A stretch of DNA of 64,000 nt, from contig JAACWQ010000006.1 of NCBI GenBank assembly GCA_009991965.1, forward strand, positions 7,174 through 71,173, given 5' to 3'. Position 1 is the stretch's first letter; each line of letters begins with the position of its first letter. Below are positions 57,188 to 64,000 of this stretch, piece after piece. The notes beneath the pieces are model-generated. The model ran no database searches. It saw only the letters and a list, made by a program, of their open reading frames with translations, and was not told the DNA's origin. This DNA comes from Minisyncoccota bacterium (GTDB lineage: Bacteria > Patescibacteriota > Microgenomatia > UBA1400 > PJMF01). Both the position numbers and the translations under genes were made by a program.

Positions 57188-58574
57188 CCTCCATAAACTA
57201 ACACTAAAAAAAGCACTGGCTCAGATACAGTCGGGTGAGACAACAGCCAAAAAAATATACGCAGATTGTTTTTCTCAGATTGAGGCGGGCAACAAAGATC
57301 TGAATGTATTTCTTTCTACAAATTCTCCTACTTCAATGAAGCAATTTGAAAATCCAGAGACAACACTGCAGAATTGTCCTATAGCTGTTAAAGACAACAT
57401 TTGTATTGAAAATGAGGTGACAACCGCTGCTTCAACAGTTCTTGAGGATTACAAACCAGCCTACAGTGCCACACTCATTGATAACCTAAAACTTCATGGC
57501 GGCGCTGTAATTGGAAAAACGAATCTGGATGCCTGGGCTCATGGTTCGTCAACCGAAACTTCTCAATTTGGCAGAACACTGAACCCAAGAAATCCAAAAT
57601 ACTTGCCAGGAGGATCTTCGGGAGGTAGTGCTGCTGCAGTCGCTGCAGATATGTGCACAGCCGCAATAGGTACAGAAACTGCAGGTTCTATTCGTCAACC
57701 TGCCTCATGGTGCGGAGTGGTAGGACTCAAACCAACATATGGACGGGTGAGTAGATATGGCGTAATTGCAATGGCATCATCGACCGACTCGCCAGGCCCA
57801 ATTACTAAAACGGTGGAAGATGCAGCGATCATGCTCGCCTGTCTTGCTGGTCATGATTCAAAAGACGGCACAACTACAAATCAAGCTGTTCCAGATTATG
57901 TATCGCTCCTACAAAAATCTATCTCGGGATTAAAAATTGGTATCATGTACCAAGACATACCGGGTCTTAAAATTGCAAATCCATATGTTTTGGCTGCTGC
58001 AAAAGTCTTAGAAAGCCTCGGCGCAAAAGTAGAACTCGTCAATGCATTGGATCCAAAATATGCAGTGAGCGTCTACACCATAGTACAAAGAGCAGAAGTT
58101 AGTAGTAATCTCGCGCGCTTTGATGGCATACGATTTGGCAATGATCGCTCATACTTTGGAGACGAAGCCCGCCGGAGAATTCTGCTTGGTACACATACTC
58201 TGCGAAAAGGATATGCAGAAAAATACTACCAAGTCGCGCAAAAGACACGAACACTCTTTATCGAAGATTTTTCCCGACTTTTTTCTTCTTATGATGTACT
58301 CATAAGCCCAACTTCTCCTTCATTTGCCGAACCAATTGGAGCAAGTGAAGATTCGGTTATGTTTGGAGAGCTAGCAGATATGCTACTCGAACCCAGCTCA
58401 ATTGCAGGCCTACCAGGTATTAGCGTGCCTTGTTTTCATGACGAAAAAACTAACCTCTATCTTGGTCTGAATATTATGGCGCCAGCATGGCGAGAAGATC
58501 TCGTGTTACAAGTCGCCCATGCGTATGAAATCAATACAGACTGGAACTCCTGGAGAAAAGATAACAATGACTAA
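57177..58574 (+). CDS. gatA: Asp/Glu-tRNA amidotransferase subunit A
   Basis: AVKDN, GKTNLD, PGGSSGGSAAAVA, GSIRQPA, SSNLARFDG. Confidence 0.96.
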   Translation: MKNNLHKLTLKKALAQIQSGETTAKKIYADCFSQIEAGNKDLNVFLSTNSPTSMKQFENPETTLQNCPIAVKDNICIENEVTTAASTVLEDYKPAYSATLIDNLKLHGGAVIGKTNLDAWAHGSSTETSQFGRTLNPRNPKYLPGGSSGGSAAAVAADMCTAAIGTETAGSIRQPASWCGVVGLKPTYGRVSRYGVIAMASSTDSPGPITKTVEDAAIMLACLAGHDSKDGTTTNQAVPDYVSLLQKSISGLKIGIMYQDIPGLKIANPYVLAAAKVLESLGAKVELVNALDPKYAVSVYTIVQRAEVSSNLARFDGIRFGNDRSYFGDEARRRILLGTHTLRKGYAEKYYQVAQKTRTLFIEDFSRLFSSYDVLISPTSPSFAEPIGASEDSVMFGELADMLLEPSSIAGLPGISVPCFHDEKTNLYLGLNIMAPAWREDLVLQVAHAYEINTDWNSWRKDNND

Positions 58575-59907
58575 TCAAAAGTACCAACTCGTCTGTGGCA
58601 TGGAGGTTCATGCAGAACTCAAAACCAATTCAAAGATGTTTTGCGGCTGTAAAAATGATCCGTTTCATGCGGAGAAACCAAATATCTATACCTGTCCAGT
58701 TTGCCTTGGCTTGCCTGGCGCATTGCCAGTTGCAAACAAACAGGCGATCGAGTGGACGATCAAACTTGGCCTCGCCCTCGGTTGTAAAATAAATCTGTTT
58801 TCGAAGTTTGATCGCAAACATTACTTTTATCCTGATCTTCCCAAAGGCTATCAGATCAGTCAGTATGATCTGCCATTTTGCTATGACGGAAAGATTGAAA
58901 CCGAACTCGGCACCGTGCGAATCCATCGTATTCATCTGGAAGAGGACACGGGGAAGTTACTGCACAAAACAGTGAATGGCGAGCAAGTCAGTCTGATTGA
59001 TTTTAATCGCTCGAGTGTGCCGCTGATTGAGATTGTGACTGAGCCAGATATTACCACGGCCGCGCACGCAGCTGCGTACGGCAAGCAGCTTCGCAAAATC
59101 TTACAGTATCTGGATATAGCCAATTGTGACATGGAACAAGGCGGCATGCGTCTGGAGGCAAATGTGTCACTACGACCAGTGGGCGAGACCGAGCTACCAA
59201 ACTACAAAACAGAGATTAAAAACATCAACTCATTCCGCTTTCTCGAACAGGCGATTGATTTTGAAATCGATCGACAGGCTGAACTCTTAGCAAATAATCA
59301 GATAGTTTCACAAGAGACTCGGGGGTGGAATTCTGTGAAACAAGTAACTTATTCGCAAAGAAGTAAAGAAGACGCCGAAGATTATCGCTATTTCCCGGAC
59401 CCTGATATTCCGCCAATTCGTTTTACAGAAGAACAGATTGCGGCTATCCGTGAAACGATTCCAGAGTTACCGAGTGCTATTGCTACTCGCTGGCAGCAAG
59501 AATATGGCATTGAGCCAAACATGATTGAACAAATTATCGTGAATACTACAGTTTCACGACAATACGACAAACTCTTCACGAATGCGAAAAATGAGGGGAT
59601 ATCTGTCGCCTCACTACTCAAAAACATCTTGAGCAAGAAAGTGCCTTCGCCGTTAGAAGCTGGGGCAGAACAAACGCTTCTACAGTTTAAAGAGCTACAA
59701 AAAACAGACGTTGTAGATGACACACAGCTTATAGCAATTGTAAACAAGGTTTTGACAGAAAACCCAGATATTTCCGCCAAGTACTTTAGCGGACAAAAGC
59801 AAGTTATTGGATTCGTTATGGGCCAAATACTACGTGAATTGCCAAAAAAATCTGATCCCGCACAGGTGCGTGAAGCGATCATCACACAGCTTGAGGCTAC
59901 AAAATAA
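58567..59907 (+). CDS. gatB: Asp/Glu-tRNA amidotransferase subunit B
   Basis: GMEVHAEL, CPVCLGLPG, FDRKHYFYPDLPKGYQISQ, HLEEDTGK, YRYFPDPD. Confidence 0.97.
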   Translation: MTNQKYQLVCGMEVHAELKTNSKMFCGCKNDPFHAEKPNIYTCPVCLGLPGALPVANKQAIEWTIKLGLALGCKINLFSKFDRKHYFYPDLPKGYQISQYDLPFCYDGKIETELGTVRIHRIHLEEDTGKLLHKTVNGEQVSLIDFNRSSVPLIEIVTEPDITTAAHAAAYGKQLRKILQYLDIANCDMEQGGMRLEANVSLRPVGETELPNYKTEIKNINSFRFLEQAIDFEIDRQAELLANNQIVSQETRGWNSVKQVTYSQRSKEDAEDYRYFPDPDIPPIRFTEEQIAAIRETIPELPSAIATRWQQEYGIEPNMIEQIIVNTTVSRQYDKLFTNAKNEGISVASLLKNILSKKVPSPLEAGAEQTLLQFKELQKTDVVDDTQLIAIVNKVLTENPDISAKYFSGQKQVIGFVMGQILRELPKKSDPAQVREAIITQLEATK

Positions 59908-62900
59908 TGCCTAATGCATTTGTCCATCTCCACGTGCACTCTGAGTACTCTATGCTCGATGGTCTCAGTAAGCTCGATCCGCTGTTGAAGCAGGTCCAAG
60001 CCCATGGACAAACAGCCGTGGCGCTGACTGACCATGGAAATATGCACGGAGCCGTTCACTTTTACAACGCGTGTAAAAAAGCTGGCGTGAAACCAATTGT
60101 TGGCCTCGAAGCGTACTACGCAAAAGAGTCACGAACCAACAAACAAGTAAAAATGGGATCGGATCAGTTTCATCTGACATTACTTGCGCAAAACTTCACG
60201 GGCTACCAAAATTTATTGCAGCTTGTTTCACGAGCGAACTTTGAGGGCTTTTCATACAAACCACGCATTGATTTCGAATTACTCCAAGAACATTCTGAAG
60301 GCCTTATCTGTACAAGTGGCTGCATGAGTAGCCTCTTCAATAAACTGATTAGAGATGGCAATCTTGCTGAAGCCGAAAAGCAATTGAAAAAATTTGCAAA
60401 ACTTTTTCCTGATAGATTTTATATCGAAATTCAACGTCATCCCGCAATTCCTGGTCAAGAAGAATTGCTCGCAGAGCAGGTTAAGCTGGCTCGAAAACTC
60501 CATATTCCGCTCGTTGCGACCAACGACGTTCATTATGTATTTGCGCATGAAGCGGAGGCACAAGATGCTTTGCTCTGCGTACAAACGCGCAAATTAATTT
60601 CAGATAAAAAACGCATGACTATGCTCGACTCGCCAGATTTTTATCTTCGCTCGAGCAAAGAGATGATTGAGTTATTTCACGACTATCCAGATGCTATCGA
60701 AAACACCGTGAAAATAGCGGATTCTTGTGATTTGACCATTCCGACTGGCCAACTCATCTTTCCCGCATTTCCACTGCCAAAAGGTGAAACAACCAATTCA
60801 TATTTTAGGAAACTGACCGAAGCTGGCATCAAGAAGAAGTACCCAGAAATTACAAAAGAAGTAACAGAGCGAATGGAGTATGAACTCAAGGTTATTATCG
60901 ACAAAGGGTATGCAACCTACTTTCTTATCACTCAAGACTTTGTGAATTGGGCGCGAGGACAGGGGATCGGCGTTGGTCCGGGTCGTGGTTCTGCTGCAGC
61001 ATCAATCGTGTCATATGCGCTTGGCATCACTTCGCTCGACCCACTCCAACACGGCCTCCCATTTGAGCGCTTCCTCAATCCACAACGTCCAACGCCACCT
61101 GATATCGACATGGATTTTGCAGACGACCGCAGAGACGAAGTGATTAATTACGTAGCAAAAAAATACGGCGATGACCACGTCGGACACGTGATTACCTTTG
61201 GAAGGATGGAAGCTCGAGTATCAATTCGTGACATTGGCCGCGTGTTGGGCATGCCGTACGAAGAGCCAGATCGCATCGCGAAGTTAATTCCAAATCCTCC
61301 TGGCAAAAAAGTCTCGCTTAAAATAGCTGTCGAGACCGTGCCCGAACTCGCCGAATACTACAAACAACCAAAGTACCGCAAACTCATAGATCTGGCTCAA
61401 ACCGTCGAAGGCTCAATCAGACACTCATCTGTACACGCAGCTGCCATTATTATTTCTGATAAAGAATTACCGTTTTACACTGCAATCCAGAAAGATTCAA
61501 AAACGGGAAAAACAATCACCCAGTACGACATGTACGCCCTAGATTGCAATATTTCTGACGATGCCATTGGCTTGCTCAAATTTGACTTTTTGGGTCTGCG
61601 CAACTTATCAATTTTACAAACGGCAATCAATCTGATTGCGAAGCACAAAGGCAAAAAAATTGAAATTGAAAAAATTCCACTCACCGATGCAAAAACATTT
61701 GCGCTCCTTTCGAGCGGCGAAACGATGGGTGTTTTCCAACTTGAGTCTGCTGGCATGCGTCGAGTTGCTCGCACGCTCCAACCAACACAATTCTCAGACA
61801 TCATGGCTATGGTCGCACTGTATCGGCCGGGTCCAATGGATCTGATCCCGCAATTTATTGAAGGCAAACACAATCCAAAAAGCATCACCTATCCCCACGA
61901 ATCGCTCAAACCTGTGCTCGAAGAAACCTATGGTGTCATGGTCTACCAAGAGCAAATTTTGCAAATTGCCAATGTGATGGCTGGTTTCTCACTCGGAGAA
62001 GCAGACATTTTGCGACGCGCCATCGGTAAGAAGAAAAAGAAATTGCTCGACGAAAACAAACGCAGATTTACTACCGAGTCGGTGAAAAATGGCTATACCA
62101 AACAAGTAGCAGAAAAAGTCTGGGGCTTTATTGAGGCCTTTGCCAACTACGGATTCAACAAACCACACGCAGCTAGTTACGCCATGATTGCCTACCAAAC
62201 TGCGTATCTCAAGACACATTATCCTGCCGAGTATATGTGCGCACTCATGAGCGTTGAGTCTGCCTCGCACTCCGCCAATCGAGATGAAAAAGTGGCGTAT
62301 GCAATCGAAACTACCAAGAAAATGGGTATTCATATTTTGCCACCAGATATCAATCAATCTGATGCAGATTTTACGCTGGAAAAAGACGCGGAATCCGTCG
62401 ATGGCCTCAGCATCCGTTTTGGCTTGACCGCTATTAAACACGTGGGCTCAGCGGCAATCGAAAATATTCTTGCCTCCAGAAAGAAAGAAAAGAAATTTAG
62501 CTCATTGACACAATTTATAAATGTAACCGATGGCAGGAAAGCAAATAAAACTACCTTAGAGGTTCTGATCAAAGTTGGTGCATTCGATACATTTGGCACG
62601 CGTTCTAGTATGCTGGAAAGCTTAGAAAATATTCGACAAACAGCCAGCCAGCTCACTTCGGAAGATGAACAGCAGGACACACTTTTTTCTGGCGTTGCGC
62701 ACAGTTCACAAGAAATCAAAGACACCTTTCCGGTACTGGAGGAGTATCCAAAAGCCGAGTTACTTTCGTTTGAGAAAGAGCTGCTTGGACTGTTTCTGAC
62801 CGAGCATCCATTGGCACATGCGCTCACTGAGGTCGCAAAGCGCTCCAACAAAACTGTTACAGAACTAGATATCAACGTCCACGCTGGTGCGACCTTCTTA

Positions 62901-63362
62901 TTTGGTGGCATCATCAATAACATTCGACAAGTCACCACCAAGCGGACGGGCAGTCAAATGGCATTTGCGACTTTTCAAGATGAAACTGGCTCGATTCCAA
63001 TTGTTATTTTCCCCAAAATATATCAACAGTTCGGCGAGCTACTCGCCAACGATACCGCCATGTTGATTAAGGCAAAAGTTGACAATCGAGATGATGAAAT
63101 GCAACTCATGGTAGAAAAAATTGTTCCGCCAGATAGCATCCCAGAGACCAAAGCAGATATCGCAGACCACGAGATTTTCATCCCACGCCAAACAGAGCAG
63201 GCAACACTGGAAAAACTAGGCGCACTGCTCAAAAAACATACCGGCTCGGAATCTATCGTCGTCCTCATTCCAAATGGAGAAGAGCCGCAACGAATGCTTT
63301 TGCCATACTGCGTCACTTGGTCAGAATCACTTGATGCAGAAATCTCAAAATTACTGCGATAA
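59907..63362 (+). CDS. dnaE: DNA polymerase III alpha subunit
   Basis: HLHVHSEYSMLDG PHP domain, GRGSAA, PDIDMDF, KFDFLGL, YGFNKPH, OB fold. Confidence 0.97.
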   Translation: MPNAFVHLHVHSEYSMLDGLSKLDPLLKQVQAHGQTAVALTDHGNMHGAVHFYNACKKAGVKPIVGLEAYYAKESRTNKQVKMGSDQFHLTLLAQNFTGYQNLLQLVSRANFEGFSYKPRIDFELLQEHSEGLICTSGCMSSLFNKLIRDGNLAEAEKQLKKFAKLFPDRFYIEIQRHPAIPGQEELLAEQVKLARKLHIPLVATNDVHYVFAHEAEAQDALLCVQTRKLISDKKRMTMLDSPDFYLRSSKEMIELFHDYPDAIENTVKIADSCDLTIPTGQLIFPAFPLPKGETTNSYFRKLTEAGIKKKYPEITKEVTERMEYELKVIIDKGYATYFLITQDFVNWARGQGIGVGPGRGSAAASIVSYALGITSLDPLQHGLPFERFLNPQRPTPPDIDMDFADDRRDEVINYVAKKYGDDHVGHVITFGRMEARVSIRDIGRVLGMPYEEPDRIAKLIPNPPGKKVSLKIAVETVPELAEYYKQPKYRKLIDLAQTVEGSIRHSSVHAAAIIISDKELPFYTAIQKDSKTGKTITQYDMYALDCNISDDAIGLLKFDFLGLRNLSILQTAINLIAKHKGKKIEIEKIPLTDAKTFALLSSGETMGVFQLESAGMRRVARTLQPTQFSDIMAMVALYRPGPMDLIPQFIEGKHNPKSITYPHESLKPVLEETYGVMVYQEQILQIANVMAGFSLGEADILRRAIGKKKKKLLDENKRRFTTESVKNGYTKQVAEKVWGFIEAFANYGFNKPHAASYAMIAYQTAYLKTHYPAEYMCALMSVESASHSANRDEKVAYAIETTKKMGIHILPPDINQSDADFTLEKDAESVDGLSIRFGLTAIKHVGSAAIENILASRKKEKKFSSLTQFINVTDGRKANKTTLEVLIKVGAFDTFGTRSSMLESLENIRQTASQLTSEDEQQDTLFSGVAHSSQEIKDTFPVLEEYPKAELLSFEKELLGLFLTEHPLAHALTEVAKRSNKTVTELDINVHAGATFLFGGIINNIRQVTTKRTGSQMAFATFQDETGSIPIVIFPKIYQQFGELLANDTAMLIKAKVDNRDDEMQLMVEKIVPPDSIPETKADIADHEIFIPRQTEQATLEKLGALLKKHTGSESIVVLIPNGEEPQRMLLPYCVTWSESLDAEISKLLR

Positions 63363-63370
63363 TTTACAGT

Positions 63371-63399
63371 TTGCTTCTTTGGTAACTGCTGGCTATAAT
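63371..63399 (+). promoter_or_regulatory. pyrG promoter TTGCTT-N17-TATAAT
   Basis: -35 at 63371-63376, -10 at 63394-63399, GTG start 8 nt further on. Confidence 0.75.
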
Positions 63400-63407
63400 T
63401 ACGCCCC

Positions 63408-64000
63408 GTGATAACCAGCGGGATTTTTTCCTCTACCGAAGATAAAAAACCTACCAAATACATTTTTGTTTCTGGTGGCGTTTTATCGGGTCTTGGCAAG
63501 GGTATTACGGCGGCTTCACTCGGGTATTTGCTCAAAAATCGTGGCTTTAGTGTCACCAACATAAAGTGTGAAAATTATCTCAATTTAGACTCCGGCAACA
63601 TCAATCCCATTGAACACGGCGACGTCTTTCTCTGCGAAGATGGTTTGGAAGCCGACCTCGATCTTGGTTCTTACGAGCGATTTCTCTCGGAAGAAGTTGG
63701 ACACAAAAACTTCACCACCATTGGCCAAGTCTACTCAGCTGTTATCGAAAAAACAAAAAATTTACAGTTCGATGGCGCAACGGTCGACGCCATTCCATAC
63801 GTTCCAGAAGAAGTTATCAAACGCATCATGACCGCAGCCGAGGGCTACGACATTATTCTTGTAGAGCTTGGTGGCACCGCTGGTGAGTACCAAAATGTCA
63901 TTTACTACGAGACATACCGCATCATGAAGTTGCGCATGCCAAATGACACGCTGCACATCCACGTTACATACTTTCCCAACCCATCACACATCAACGAACT
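63408..64000 (+). CDS. pyrG: CTP synthase, 3' truncated by window edge (absent from ORF track)
   Basis: Manual translation from GTG 63408: MITSGIFSSTEDKKPTKYIFVSGGVLSGLGKGITAASLG...EHGDVF...DLDLGSYERF...ELGGTAG. Confidence 0.93.
   Translation, partial: MITSGIFSSTEDKKPTKYIFVSGGVLSGLGKGITAASLGYLLKNRGFSVTNIKCENYLNLDSGNINPIEHGDVFLCEDGLEADLDLGSYERFLSEEVGHKNFTTIGQVYSAVIEKTKNLQFDGATVDAIPYVPEEVIKRIMTAAEGYDIILVELGGTAGEYQNVIYYETYRIMKLRMPNDTLHIHVTYFPNPSHINE

Noticed and set aside
60223-60238. TGTTTCACG as a parS site
   Set aside because: Half-site only, right arm does not match, lies within dnaE coding sequence
118-63962. Numerous 60-220 aa antisense or off-frame ORFs in the ORF track (e.g. 41401..41970, 59388..60059, 62354..62941, 63023..63562)
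   Set aside because: They shadow well-supported genes and carry no motifs
1-64000. CRISPR array, IS/transposase, integrase, prophage, rRNA, defence system
   Set aside because: No repeat-spacer periodicity or relevant protein motifs seen; nearly all sequence is explained by housekeeping and glycosylation genes
1-64000. Alternative genetic code (TGA=Gly as in Gracilibacteria/Absconditabacteria)
   Set aside because: Conserved genes are full length under code 11 and many end at TGA in ATGA overlaps
1-64000. Frequent CTCGA(G/A) words as a dispersed repeat or uptake signal
   Set aside because: Plausibly explained by CTC-GAR (Leu-Glu) codon pairs; cannot show enrichment without counting

Overview
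Ordinary, gene-dense chromosomal segment, almost entirely + strand and translation table 11 (TGA is used as a stop). Gene content and protein style point to a Patescibacteria/CPR bacterium, probably Microgenomates; this taxonomy is inference. Layout: (1) 1-24.4 kb is a large surface-glycosylation region with 5 GT4, 2 GT2, 3 GT-C/ArnT-like, 2 paralogous O-antigen-ligase/Wzy-like proteins, UDP-GlcA decarboxylase, ManC, an initiating phosphoglycosyltransferase and a DUF4012 protein, interrupted by ruvCAB. (2) recO, glyQS, a rearranged dcw cluster (mraZ-rsmH-ftsL-ftsI-murE-yvcK-murC-murB-murA-mraY-ftsW-murG-ftsQ-ftsA-ftsZ; no murD/murF/ddl), ileS, rodA. (3) rplU-methyltransferase-rpmA, parB, lepB, a wzx/GT2/ligase mini-cluster, three tRNAs (Thr-CGT, Gly-CCC, Asp-GTC), lemA-htpX-gatCAB-dnaE and the start of pyrG. 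No CRISPR array, IS, prophage or rRNA was seen. Most interesting: a pyrG promoter whose start-site geometry (-10 then C6 C7 C8 G9, with G9 the first base of the GTG start codon) suggests CTP-sensing start-site switching coupled to leaderless translation; a window-wide pattern of -10 boxes 6-10 nt before start codons; a 1025-aa tripartite ligase/GT-C-fragment/metallophosphoesterase chimera; and a Trm11-like methyltransferase between rplU and rpmA. All annotation is by eye from motifs; no database searches were run.
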